Of a DNA stretch of 64,000 nt, positions 1-9,794 are shown piece by piece. Source of the stretch: Nitrospirota bacterium (lineage in GTDB: Bacteria > Nitrospirota > Thermodesulfovibrionia > UBA6902 > DSMQ01). Position numbers and translations under genes: made by a program. The stretch covers positions 12,914 through 76,913 of the forward strand of contig JACQXB010000004.1 of NCBI GenBank assembly GCA_016208965.1, in the 5' to 3' direction. The stretch's first letter is position 1. Every line of letters begins with the position of its first letter. Below the pieces are notes generated by a model. That model ran no database searches. It was not told the DNA's origin and was given only the letters and a program-made list of their open reading frames with translations.

Positions 1-1912
1 TTCTTCAACTCAGCTGCTTCTTCTTGTTGTTTCAATTTAGCTGCTTCTTTTTCCTGTTTCAATCTGGCTGCTTCCTTTTCTATGGACAACTTATTACTGA
101 CGTCAGGGACTTTTTGTGCTTGCAATTGTTTAGATAATTCCAACGTGGTCGGAGCAGTAGTTGTCGGTTTCTTTCTAAAATGATTAAATGTAATCGCCAT
201 AGCAACTACCAAAACAACTGCTAAAAATATTGCCGCAGACATATATGCCCGGGATTTCTTTCCCCGCCTTTCTGCCTTATTAATAATCTCGTTCAAAGCT
301 GTTTGCCCTCTGTCCAATTGCAGTTCTTCATCTCTAAGTTTTCCGGGTTTCATATCAGGTGTTTGTTTAATTGCTATCTCTGCTCCCTCATCCTGTGCCG
401 CAGTTTTTATTTCTTCTGGTATTTCACCCTTAAAGATTTCTTCTCTACTCTCTGTCACAGCAGCTCCAATACCAACAGACATTTCTTTAGGTTCCTCAAT
501 ATACGGCTCTTCTTCGTCTTTTGAGACCACCTCTTCTATTGTCTCCTCTTCAGAAGGAGACACATCAGCTGCTATTTCTTTGACCTGCTCCACGGCTCTT
601 AGTGAAAGTGTCATGTCATACTCCGCCCTCTTTTCTGGATCGGACAGAACTTCATATGCCTTGGTAATATAAAAAAATACTTTGGTCAGTTTTTCCTTTA
701 GACCTTCGGATAGATCTTCAGAGGGCAGAGAAAATCGCCTGTCCGGGTGGAACTCTTTTGACGCCTTGTAGTACGCCTTCACAATCTCTTCTGCTGATGC
801 GTCTTTTTCAACCCTCAGCATCTCGTAATATCCAAGAGTTTCACATTTGTTAAATATATCTTCCATCTTCTCTATAAACTCAGTTGTTATCTCTTCCACA
901 GGTTCGCTAATAATCTCTTTAACCCGAAGCTCGGCAGGCGGCATGTCTTCTCTCTTTACTATAATCATTCCTATGTTGAGAAGGGCACAGATGCTCCTGA
1001 GGGTATCAGAATCAGAAAAAGGTAAAAGCGGCAATATCATTTTCAGTGAGCGCTTGCCATCTATACAGGAAAGAATTATCTTGTCAGGTTCATCAATGAC
1101 AACATCCTGAAAGATATTCAGCGGACTTGGGGAAAGAGCAAGCACAGCCTCCGGAGCAGGAGAGGCCTGTTTTATGCGTAGGACATTATTAATCCTCTTG
1201 ATGCCGCGATATATAATGTTTGCGGCGCTGATCTGCAGAGTTATCAATTCCTCTTGAGGGAGGGAACGTTCCATGAATTTAAAACTGCCGTCTTCAATAG
1301 CAAAAAGACTGAGGATGATCTCCTCTGTCTGTTGTCGTACCGCAAAGAAAAGTTCCTTTGGTTTTAAAATTCCAAGCTCTACAAAAATCTTTCCTAATTT
1401 CCCCCCGCTCTTTTTAAGTAAACTTTCTGTCTGATTATATTCTTCTTGGCTAATCTTCCCTTGCTTTAAAAGAAAATCCGAGAGCCTATCCTCTTTTTTA
1501 TTAGAGATAGCAAATATCATATCCCCATTCTTTATAAAGATCTCTTTGACTATTGAACCACTCTCTACCTTTAGTATCCCAGTTCTTGTGCTCCTTTGGA
1601 GACCGATAAGCACATCTGCCAGTGCAAAACTCTTTAGAGAGCCCTGAAGGCTGTCCAACCTTCTGAACCCTACCCAGACCTCATCACCTGACTTTTCCAC
1701 CCATACAACTTCACCTTTAAACTCCATTTCAGGATCAAAGACCTTTATATCCACCTGTTTGCCAAGGGCAAGTTGCGGGGCATTTTCAAAAACCGCACCG
1801 ATCCCGTCCGAATAGTTAACTATCCTGCCCTTATAAGTCTCTGTGCCTAACCTTACCTTACAATCAGACTGGACTTCATATCTCTTAAAATATCTTTTCT
1901 CTTCAGTATGCA
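1..1912 (-). CDS. PilZ / DUF4388-like / DnaJ J-domain protein with a TM helix and coiled-coil tail (3' end runs off the window)
   Basis: Absent from the ORF track because there is no stop in the window. Manual translation from the ATG at 1912-1910 gives [14 protein letters not shown].... PilZ-like RYFKR and DGIG motifs; DUF4388-like [22 protein letters not shown]; J-domain YYEMLRV...KEFHPDR (HPD); [19 protein letters not shown]; open frame continues to position 1. Confidence 0.75.
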
Positions 1913-2097
1913 TTGATATATTATACAATGAGGCTCTTGTAAAGGTCATAAAAAGAGAAGAGTTATCATTCCTGCCTACTTGAAAGGTGAGATAAGAATT
2001 GCTGTTTCTGCTCGCTGCTTATGAGGATTTCATTAGACACCTCAAGAAAGGAATAACATTCCGAAACCCATTTTACATAATAAGGGTGTATCGTGTT

Positions 2098-2172
2098 TTA
2101 AGGCTTTCTTACTTCAAGCCCTTCTATCATCTTAAAATCCTTTTCATTAAAGGTATAGACTAAATATATTTT
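2098..2172 (-). pseudogene. PIN-domain (VapC) C-terminal remnant
   Basis: Short frame KIYLVYTFNEKDFKMIEGLEVRKP* resembles the conserved VapC C-terminus (T.N.kDF..i.gl.v); no N-terminal part is present. Confidence 0.3.
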
Positions 2173-2583
2173 CTAATACTTCCCACTAAAATAATCTTCC
2201 AATATCTGTCTGTGATCAAAGGCTATGTCTTCTGGAAGGGTGTTTTTGGTGAAAATTTTTACTTTTTTTGCATCATCTCCTGCTTTTGGTTCGCCGTCTG
2301 CAGTGGCAATAAATATTGTTGATACAGTGTGATGCCTCGGGTCTCTTTTGGGGTTGGAGTATGTATGAAACTGCCTTATAAGTTTAATATCAAGCCCTGT
2401 CTCTTCTTTTGCCTCCCTTATTATTGCATCCTCAAGCGCCTCTCCGTAATCAACAAAACCGCCGGGTATTGCCCAGCCGTAAGGAGGATTTTTTCTTTTG
2501 ATGAGGATTATCCCTTCCTGAACTTCTATAATTACATCAACTGTAATAAATGGATTTCGTGGGATTTCTTTCATGACTACCAT
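2173..2583 (-). CDS. NUDIX hydrolase
   Basis: Complete Nudix box [23 protein letters not shown] (Gx5Ex7REUxEExGU). Confidence 0.85.
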   Translation of the reverse strand: MVVMKEIPRNPFITVDVIIEVQEGIILIKRKNPPYGWAIPGGFVDYGEALEDAIIREAKEETGLDIKLIRQFHTYSNPKRDPRHHTVSTIFIATADGEPKAGDDAKKVKIFTKNTLPEDIAFDHRQILEDYFSGKY

Positions 2584-3509
2584 AGCAGTTCTCTTAGAAT
2601 TTTAACATTATCCACCAGTTTTGCAAAAATCCCACCTGCATCCATAATCCCTGTTATATCCACCCAGTTTATATCAAGCTCCTTTTTAAACCATGTAAAT
2701 TGTCTCTTTGCATACATCTTGGTTCGTTTTTTAAGCAATCTTATAGCCTCATTTAGAGTAACAGTGCCATCAAGATAAAGGCTCATCTCTTTATATCCAA
2801 GAGCCTGCATTGCTGCCTTGTTTGGGTTCATTCTTAACAATTCCCTTATCTCATGAATAAGCCCTCTTTCAATCATACTGTCAACCCTTTGTTCAATTAA
2901 TTTATAAAGCTCTGTCCTTGCCCTCGTAAGACCTATTTTAATAAACTCGTAGGGTTCAGGTCTTGTATATAAGTGTTGAAGCTCTGATATTGCCTTTTTC
3001 TTTTTGACTGAAACCTCAATTGCCCTTATTAGCCTTCTTAAATCATTGGGGTTGATTTTATCTGCAGATTTTGGGTCAATTTTTTTTAGCTTCTCATGAA
3101 GATACCCTCCACCAAAGGTCTCTTCTTCTTTAATCAACTTCTCCCGCAACTGCCAGTCCGCTGATGGGGCTTCAAAAAGCCCTCTTGTAAGTGCCATTAT
3201 ATAAAGCCCAGTCCCGCCAACAATAACAGGAACTTTACCCCTGCTATGAAGGTCGTCTATGATTTTTGTAGCCGTATCCTTAAATAAGCCTGCACTAAAA
3301 GACTCAGAAGGAGACAGGATATTAATCAAATGATGTTTTACCTCTCTAAGTTCCTGTGAAGAGGGTTTGGCTGTCCCTATATCCATATGCTGATAGATCT
3401 GCATTGAGTCAGCACTGATTATCTCTGTATTTAACATCTTCGCAAGGAGCATTGAAACCCCTGTCTTCCCAACACATGTAGGACCAAGAAGGATAATAAC
3501 TTTATTCAT
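2577..3509 (-). CDS. miaA: tRNA dimethylallyltransferase
   Basis: N-terminal P-loop [32 protein letters not shown] and length typical of MiaA. Confidence 0.95.
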   Translation of the reverse strand: MNKVIILLGPTCVGKTGVSMLLAKMLNTEIISADSMQIYQHMDIGTAKPSSQELREVKHHLINILSPSESFSAGLFKDTATKIIDDLHSRGKVPVIVGGTGLYIMALTRGLFEAPSADWQLREKLIKEEETFGGGYLHEKLKKIDPKSADKINPNDLRRLIRAIEVSVKKKKAISELQHLYTRPEPYEFIKIGLTRARTELYKLIEQRVDSMIERGLIHEIRELLRMNPNKAAMQALGYKEMSLYLDGTVTLNEAIRLLKKRTKMYAKRQFTWFKKELDINWVDITGIMDAGGIFAKLVDNVKILRELLW

Positions 3510-3565
3510 TTTGTTATTATACCCTTCATTGACTTGCTTTTAACTTATCTTTAAACTTATTACTT

Positions 3566-5227
3566 ATGAAACAAGAAGTTATTGATACTATTTCAAATGC
3601 GATTAAAGGGCTCCGGAAGCAATGGGGATTGAGTGACATACCCCGGATAGATGTAGAAATCCCTAAGAGTGAGGCACACGGTGACATTTTTACTACTCTG
3701 GCAATGAGTATTGCAAAAAGCCTTAAAAAGCCGCCAAGGAAAATAGCAGAAGAGCTTCTCGCTGAGATAAAAAAACAGGAAGGGCCCTTTGAAAAATTTG
3801 AGCTCGCAGGGGCTGGATTTATAAATTTCACATTCAAAAAAGAATATTTTTATCAAGCCCTTGAGAAATTATTAAATGAAGAACACTCCTACCTTAAAAC
3901 AGATATCGGGAAGGACAAAAAGATACAGATTGAATTTGTAAGCGCCAATCCTACAGGACCCCTTCATATTGGGCATGGAAGGGGGGCTGCAGTCGGCAAT
4001 GCCTTAAGTAATATCCTTGCATCAGCAGGGTATGATGTTGAGAGGGAATATTACATAAATGATGCAGGGGTGCAGGTAAAACTCTTGGGACAGTCTGTTT
4101 ATACAAGGTATCAGCAAATGCTTGGGAATAATATTCCTTTTCCTGAAGATGGTTACAAAGGAAGCTATATTGAAACTATTTCAGATGAAATAATCAAAAA
4201 AGCGGGCAATAAGTACTTCAATCAATCCTTTGAAGAGTGTGGAGATTTTTTTACTAACTATTCCTATAAAACAATGCTTGCTGATATCGCAAAAGACCTA
4301 AGAGATTTTGGCATTACCTTTGACAGATGGCAGAGTGAAATGGAGCTTTATGAAAAAGGTAAAGTAACGGATTCTTTAAACACCCTCCACGATAAAAAAT
4401 TTCTCTATGAAAGAGACAGCGCTCTTTGGTTCAGTTCAACCCGATTTGGAGATGATAAAGACAGAGTGGTGGTAAAGAAGGATGGTAAATATACATATTT
4501 TGCCTCTGACATTGCCTATCATAAAGATAAGCTGGATAGGGGGTTTGACACAATTATTGCTCTATGGGGTGCAGACCATCACGGCTATATTCCGAGAATC
4601 AACTCTGTGCTTGAGGCCTTTGATTTTCCAAAGGGAAAATTCAAAGTCATACTTATCCAAATGGTTACACTTCTTAGACACGGGAAACCTGTGCAAATGT
4701 CAAAGAGGGCAGGAGAATTTATAACCCTGCGTGAGGTTATTGATGAGGTTGGAGCTGACACCACAAAATTTATTTTTCTCACAAGACGGCCTGATAGTCA
4801 TCTTGAATTTGACATAGAGGTTGCAAAAGAACAGTCAGCAGAAAATCCTGTTTTCTATGTTCAGTACGCATTTGCAAGGATTTCCAGTATATTCAAGCAG
4901 GCAACGGAGAAGATGCAAGATGCAAGATGCAAGATACAAGAGGTTGACCTTTCAGTTTTAAAAGAACCTGACGAGCTTTCACTAATTAAAAAACTTTTTC
5001 AGTATCCAATGGTATTTGAGGGAACGGTGCTTTCTTTTGAGCCGCATAGGATAACTTATTATTTGCAGGAACTGGCAAAATTATTCCATTCTTATTACAA
5101 CAAGCACAGGGTAATATCTGACGACAAACCACTAACCACTGCGAGACTTTGTCTCTGCAAGGGTGTACAGATTGTCCTTGAAGAAGGATTAAAAATGCTC
5201 GGAGTCAGCGCCCCGGAAAGAATGTGA
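3566..5227 (+). CDS. argS: Arginine--tRNA ligase
   Basis: SANPTGPLHIGHGR (HIGH), MSKR (KMSKS-like), conserved ArgS C-terminal anticodon-binding domain ending in M. Confidence 0.97.
   Translation: MKQEVIDTISNAIKGLRKQWGLSDIPRIDVEIPKSEAHGDIFTTLAMSIAKSLKKPPRKIAEELLAEIKKQEGPFEKFELAGAGFINFTFKKEYFYQALEKLLNEEHSYLKTDIGKDKKIQIEFVSANPTGPLHIGHGRGAAVGNALSNILASAGYDVEREYYINDAGVQVKLLGQSVYTRYQQMLGNNIPFPEDGYKGSYIETISDEIIKKAGNKYFNQSFEECGDFFTNYSYKTMLADIAKDLRDFGITFDRWQSEMELYEKGKVTDSLNTLHDKKFLYERDSALWFSSTRFGDDKDRVVVKKDGKYTYFASDIAYHKDKLDRGFDTIIALWGADHHGYIPRINSVLEAFDFPKGKFKVILIQMVTLLRHGKPVQMSKRAGEFITLREVIDEVGADTTKFIFLTRRPDSHLEFDIEVAKEQSAENPVFYVQYAFARISSIFKQATEKMQDARCKIQEVDLSVLKEPDELSLIKKLFQYPMVFEGTVLSFEPHRITYYLQELAKLFHSYYNKHRVISDDKPLTTARLCLCKGVQIVLEEGLKMLGVSAPERM
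4912..4939. repeat. Heptanucleotide tandem repeat (GATGCAA x3 + GATACAA) inside argS
   Basis: Read directly; translated as MQDARCKIQ in the argS frame. Confidence 0.9.
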
Positions 5228-5259
5228 TTCGACAGGCTCATCATTAGGAGGCTCATTAT

Positions 5260-5721
5260 ATGTTATACATAATTTCTTTGATAATCCATGTTCTCTCAGT
5301 TGTTATATGGATTGGAGGGGTGGCATTTGTCACGATGATTACCTTCCCAATGATACAGAGGGGAAGCAGTTCACTGGAACAGGTTATGATGTTTCAGGGT
5401 ATAGAACACAGGTTCTCTAAAATCGCAAAGGTAATGGTAATATTGGCAGGGCTTTCGGGACTTTATCTGATTTATGAGAAATACGGATTTGATTTTAAAA
5501 ATTTAAACGTTGGCGTGTGGATAATGATTATTGTATGGGCTTTTTATGCATCGCTTTTATTCGGGCTCGAAAAAATCATTTTTAAAAAAATGTTTTCAAC
5601 ACCGACAGGAGAACAGGCAGACACCAAAAAAATCTTTAAAATACTTCAGGGATTTCACTGGGTTGTTCTGGCGCTGAGTTTTCTCGCAATTGCCGCGGGA
5701 ATATGGACAGGGCACTATTAG
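5260..5721 (+). CDS. Hypothetical 4-TM membrane protein (CopD/HemJ-like topology)
   Basis: Four hydrophobic helices; HVLSVVIWIGG motif in TM1; RBS AGGAGG upstream. Confidence 0.5.
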   Translation: MLYIISLIIHVLSVVIWIGGVAFVTMITFPMIQRGSSSLEQVMMFQGIEHRFSKIAKVMVILAGLSGLYLIYEKYGFDFKNLNVGVWIMIIVWAFYASLLFGLEKIIFKKMFSTPTGEQADTKKIFKILQGFHWVVLALSFLAIAAGIWTGHY

Positions 5722-6242
5722 TAAAGTTCATTGAACCTGCTTTTAACCACCCTGTTCAGGGCGTTCAATTTTTTCTCCTGTTTAAGCTCATCAATTATCT
5801 CTCCAATGGCATAGGCTGCGTTCCAGCGGACACCAGAATCCTCATCCCTCAGTAAATCAATCAATGACTCAACAGCCTTTTCTGATTTTATCTTTCCAAG
5901 TGCATTGGCTGCGTTCCTGCGGACATCAGGTTTTTTATGTTTTAAAAAATTAATACAGGGTTCAGGGTTATTAATTATCTTTGAGATATCAAGAAGCAGG
6001 CTGAGCCTGTCAAATTCCGCGCTTTCAGGCATGACATCAAACAGCCTGATGATTTGTTCCTGTATTTTTTCCGGGACAATGCTGAAGAATATCCTCAGAA
6101 TTTCATCCCATTTCTTATATCTGAAAAATGAATTAAAGGTCTCACAAAGCCTGTCTTTATCATCTTTAACAGCCTCTATAGCCCTTGTCATCCAAACTGC
6201 TGCAAAATACTCAAAAAAAGTCTGATGCCAGAAAAAAAGCAT
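5718..6242 (-). CDS. HEAT-repeat protein, probably the C-terminal remnant of a NACHT/STAND NTPase
   Basis: The N-terminus WHQTFFEYFAA resembles the end of NACHT modules. Two PBS-lyase HEAT repeats follow (DVRRNAANALGKIKSEKAVESLIDLL, DSGVRWNAAYAIGEI). No P-loop domain is present. Confidence 0.55.
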   Translation of the reverse strand: MLFFWHQTFFEYFAAVWMTRAIEAVKDDKDRLCETFNSFFRYKKWDEILRIFFSIVPEKIQEQIIRLFDVMPESAEFDRLSLLLDISKIINNPEPCINFLKHKKPDVRRNAANALGKIKSEKAVESLIDLLRDEDSGVRWNAAYAIGEIIDELKQEKKLNALNRVVKSRFNELY

Positions 6243-6283
6243 TAAGACATGAAGTTCTGCAATGCCGTGATAGGTGATTTCAA

Positions 6284-6604
6284 GTCAAGACAAAGGGGGT
6301 CAATTCTTTACTAAAGTCAAGACAAAGGGTCAAACAAAGGGGGCTGGTCAAACAAAGGGGGTCAACAAACAAAGGGGGTCAATCAACAAACAAAGGGGGT
6401 CAACAAACAAAGGGGGTCAATCAACAAACAAAGGGGGTCAATTCTTTACTAATGACAAAGCACATTTTAAATTTTAAAAACTATCAATATGAAAGAATTG
6501 ACCCCCTTTGTTTTTCCCCCCCCTTTGTTTTTCCCAATTGACCCCCATGTTTTTCCCACATGTTTTTCCCATGATTGACCCCCATGTTTTTCCCATGTTT
6601 TTAC
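6284..6604. repeat. Iteron-like array: about 8 direct ACAAAGGGGGTCAA units, an AT-rich spacer, then inverted TTGACCCCC(TTTG/ATG)TTTTTCCC units
   Basis: Units at about 6290, 6322, 6334, 6351, 6369, 6389, 6407 and 6427 with 18-20 bp spacing. AT-rich spacer 6450-6495. Inverted units at about 6497, 6537 and 6566. Confidence 0.85.
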
Positions 6605-7597
6605 CGATACGATGCCATTTACAGACTTAAAACAGCAGCACATCCAACAGGCAATCCTGCTGAGACTTTCAATTACGACTCTGTCGGCAACAGGACATCA
6701 AGCCATTTGTCTTCTTCATATACAACTGACGAGCTAAACAGATTAAAAGAGGATAATAGCTATCTTTATGGCTATGATGCAGACGGCAATATGATATCCA
6801 AAACCTCGACCTCAACCTCAACCTCAACCTTTTACTATTTTGATGCTGAAAATAAACTGATAGGTGTTGACAAATATGCCTCCTTAACCTTGACCTCAAC
6901 CTCGACCTATTCCTATGACGGATTTGGAAGGAGAGTAAAAAAGGATGTTAATGGGGCTGTAAAGTTTTATATTTATGATAATGAGGATATAAGGTTTGAG
7001 ACAGATAGTGTCGGCGCTATTACTGCTGAATACACACACGGCACCGGAATTGATGAGCCGTTGGCTATGAGAAAAGCCGGGCAGAATTATTATTACCATG
7101 TAAATGGTTTAGGCTCTGTAACTGCGTTAACAGATTCCTCTAAAGCTGTTGTACAGTCGTATGTATACGATAGTTTCGAGCAGATAATTTCACAAACAGG
7201 CACAATTACAAACCCTTATACTTTTACAGGTCGTGAATATGACTCTGAAACGGGCATGTATTACTACAGAGCAAGGTATTACAGCCCCGAGCTTCAGAGG
7301 TTCACAAGCGAGGATCCGATTGGGCTGGCGGGAGGAGTAAACCTTTATGTTTATGTCGGAAATAATCCCGTGAATTGGGTTGATCCTTTGGGACTAACAA
7401 CGCCAACAATTCCTGGATATTGGACATATATAAGGTGGGCAGTACCCAGATACTTTTGTAACCTGCTAAAACAAAGGATAGAAAAGGCGAAAGATGACAA
7501 CGAAGTTTGCAAAGAACTGGGAGAGGAACCTCTTTGGGAAATAGATCCCGATGCCTATACTTTTTTAGACTGGTGTTATAAATTAGGATACTTATAA
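6575..7597 (+). CDS. Rhs/YD-repeat core C-terminal fragment with a short polymorphic toxin tip (N-terminally truncated, orphan module)
   Basis: YD repeats (FNYDSVGNRTS, YGYDADGNMI, YSYDGFGRRV). Core end YDSETGMYYYRARYYSPELQRFTSEDPIGLAGGVNLYVYVGNNPVNWVDPLGL, followed by a 66-aa unique tail. The frame opens directly out of the repeat array. Confidence 0.85.
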   Translation: MTPMFFPCFYRYDAIYRLKTAAHPTGNPAETFNYDSVGNRTSSHLSSSYTTDELNRLKEDNSYLYGYDADGNMISKTSTSTSTSTFYYFDAENKLIGVDKYASLTLTSTSTYSYDGFGRRVKKDVNGAVKFYIYDNEDIRFETDSVGAITAEYTHGTGIDEPLAMRKAGQNYYYHVNGLGSVTALTDSSKAVVQSYVYDSFEQIISQTGTITNPYTFTGREYDSETGMYYYRARYYSPELQRFTSEDPIGLAGGVNLYVYVGNNPVNWVDPLGLTTPTIPGYWTYIRWAVPRYFCNLLKQRIEKAKDDNEVCKELGEEPLWEIDPDAYTFLDWCYKLGYL

Positions 7598-8073
7598 TGA
7601 AAGATAAATTTTTATTTTATCTCGGAGTAGCTTATGCTTTTGTATTTAGTATATTAGTTCTTTTAGCTATTATTTCTTTACATGCTAATATTAGAGCCAT
7701 TGTATTATTGATAACATTTATGTCTGTCTTAGTTACCCATGTAATTATTTCTCTAAATATAGATGCAAGCAAAACAAATAAAAAATTTTTCTATTTAAGT
7801 TGGTTGTGGGGAGTTAAATTTACTGTTTTTGTTATAAATGAAGGACTAAATTTTTTCTTTCTGAAAGAAATCTTAATTTTAGATTGGATTGATTTATTTT
7901 TATTGCATATCATTGCATTACTGGTGTCAGTATCTTTTTTAATGAAAAATCCATTTTGGTATATAAAGACCGAAAATAAAAGTTATATTATGGTAGGAGT
8001 GGCAGGATTAATATTTTCATGTTTGACAACCTTAATAGTAATTCTTGCATTAATTGATTATATAAAAGTATAA
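7597..8073 (+). CDS. Putative Rhs immunity protein (polytopic membrane protein)
   Basis: Start overlaps the Rhs stop (TAATG). About 5 TM helices, very AT-rich. Position is typical of cognate immunity genes. Confidence 0.5.
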   Translation: MKDKFLFYLGVAYAFVFSILVLLAIISLHANIRAIVLLITFMSVLVTHVIISLNIDASKTNKKFFYLSWLWGVKFTVFVINEGLNFFFLKEILILDWIDLFLLHIIALLVSVSFLMKNPFWYIKTENKSYIMVGVAGLIFSCLTTLIVILALIDYIKV

Positions 8074-8074
8074 T

Positions 8075-8205
8075 CACGATGCCAATGGCAACAGAACCAG
8101 CATAAGGGCGGTCTATCTTATAGTCGTGGTCTTGTGGGACCGACCGCTGGTGCGGGTGCAGGTTATATAGCCTGTCAAACTCACTACTTCTGTATCAATG
8201 ACTGA
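8075..8205 (+). pseudogene. Second Rhs remnant (HDANGNRTS) plus a Gly-rich C-terminal tip in another frame
   Basis: Frame 1 reads HDANGNRTS (YD repeat). From 8101 a second frame reads HKGGLSYSRGLVGPTAGAGAGYIACQTHYFCIND*. Confidence 0.4.
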
Positions 8206-8225
8206 ATGTAAAAAGTAGAGTTAGA

Positions 8226-8444
8226 ATGATAACTGCAAAAAAAATCTATCACTTTCTTCTAAGTGTCTTTATGATTTGTTTTTTATTAGCTGCAATCGGA
8301 TTTCTTCTTGCATATATTGGAAATAAGTCTTTAGGATGGATTATAGGATTTACGAGTGCTATTATCGGCACTCTGATGATTGTTATTTTTTGGGTCGTAA
8401 AAATTTTTGGTAAACACTTAAAGTTTATAAAATTTGATATGTAA
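8226..8444 (+). CDS. Small 2-TM membrane protein (candidate immunity for the adjacent toxin-tip remnant)
   Basis: 72 aa with two hydrophobic helices, immediately downstream of the toxin-tip remnant. Confidence 0.4.
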   Translation: MITAKKIYHFLLSVFMICFLLAAIGFLLAYIGNKSLGWIIGFTSAIIGTLMIVIFWVVKIFGKHLKFIKFDM

Positions 8445-8556
8445 ATCAAGGAAAAGGAAGAAATTACAGAAGTGCTGAAGGTCCCAAGATAAGTTATATT
8501 TCAAAAAAGAAGAAAAGAAAAAAATAAGAAAAGGGGTCAAGCCAATGGCTCGTAGA

Positions 8557-8628
8557 GGGTTCAAGTGTTAGAATTAATCTTATCTTCACTTGAACCCTTA
8601 AATCCTTGAATCCTCGAACCCTAAATAT
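8557..8628. repeat. 11-bp stem hairpin (GGGTTCAAGTG/CACTTGAACCC) overlapping five tandem octamers CTYRAAYC
   Basis: Read directly upstream of hisC; octamers at 8589, 8597, 8605, 8613 and 8621. Confidence 0.8.
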
Positions 8629-8630
8629 TT

Positions 8631-9713
8631 ATGATACAGGCGCCAGAACACATAAAGAGCATTAAGCAGTATATTCCGGGTAAGCCAATAGAGGAGCTGG
8701 AGAGGGAACTTGGCATTACAGGTTCTGTAAAACTTGCATCCAATGAGAACCCCCTCGGTCCATCTCCTCTTGCGCTTAAAGCTATACGAAAGGCTCTTCA
8801 GGGCATCAATAGATATCCTGATGGAACCTGTTATTATCTTAAAAACGCCTTATCTCAGAGATTGAATGTGAACCCAGATGAGATTTTGTTTGGGAATGGT
8901 TCCAACGAAATCATTGAATTAGCTGTGCGAACATTTCTTGGCCCGGCAGATGAGGCAATAATGGCTCATCCATCTTTTGCTGTCTATTCAATGATTGTTC
9001 AGGCAGGAGGCGGCAAAAACATAGTTGTTCCGCTTAAAGACTGGCGGCATGACCTTGGGGTTATGACGTCATGTATGACAGAAAAAACAAAGATTATATT
9101 TATAGCAAACCCCAATAATCCCACGGGCACAATTAATACAAGGGCAGAGATGGATGCCTTTATGAAAAGGGTTCCTCAGGATGTGCTTGTCATAGTTGAT
9201 GAGGCATATTATGAATATGTAACATCACCTGAATATCCTGAGAGTATGAGGTATTTTAGAGAGGGCAGAGATATATTGATTCTTCGGACATTTTCAAAGA
9301 TATACGGTCTTGCAGGATTAAGAATCGGGTATGGGATCGGAAGGGCAGATTTGATTACGGACATGAATAGGGTTCGTCAGCCATTTAATGTTAATTCAAT
9401 AGCTCAGCAGGCGGCACTTGCTGCACTTTCTGATGAAAAGCACATTGTAAAAGCAAAAAAGATTAATGAAAAGGGTAAGGCTTATATTTATAAAGGGTTA
9501 AAAGCTATGAAACTGAATTATATACCTACAGAGGCAAATTTTATATATATTGTTTTGGAAAATGGAAATGCCTTTGAGTTATATGAAAAACTTCTCAATC
9601 AAGGTGTTATTGTAAGACCTATGGGAGCGCAGGCGCTAAGGGTAACAATAGGACTGCCGAGAGAAAATAAAAGGTTTATAGAAACACTGAAACAAATTCA
9701 AAATGTAAAATGA
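8631..9713 (+). CDS. hisC: Histidinol-phosphate / aromatic aminotransferase
   Basis: LASNENPLGPSP, NPNNPTG, PLP lysine context RTFSKIYGLAGLRIGY. Confidence 0.93.
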   Translation: MIQAPEHIKSIKQYIPGKPIEELERELGITGSVKLASNENPLGPSPLALKAIRKALQGINRYPDGTCYYLKNALSQRLNVNPDEILFGNGSNEIIELAVRTFLGPADEAIMAHPSFAVYSMIVQAGGGKNIVVPLKDWRHDLGVMTSCMTEKTKIIFIANPNNPTGTINTRAEMDAFMKRVPQDVLVIVDEAYYEYVTSPEYPESMRYFREGRDILILRTFSKIYGLAGLRIGYGIGRADLITDMNRVRQPFNVNSIAQQAALAALSDEKHIVKAKKINEKGKAYIYKGLKAMKLNYIPTEANFIYIVLENGNAFELYEKLLNQGVIVRPMGAQALRVTIGLPRENKRFIETLKQIQNVK

Positions 9714-9794
9714 AAAATGCAAAATTAAGGAGAATTTTTTATTCAACAATTTTGAATTTTAATTTTTAAATTTTAAATTCTCAGGGGGGATGTT

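Noticed and set aside
6284-6450. Regularly spaced direct repeats considered as a CRISPR array
   Set aside because: The period is only 18-20 bp with 4-6 bp between units, so there are no spacers. No cas genes are present, and the units are too short for CRISPR repeats.
6274-6477. ORF encoding KGGQ/TKG/NKQRGS repeats
   Set aside because: It is simply the translation of the ACAAAGGGGGTCAA iteron-like array. There is no RBS and no non-repetitive sequence.
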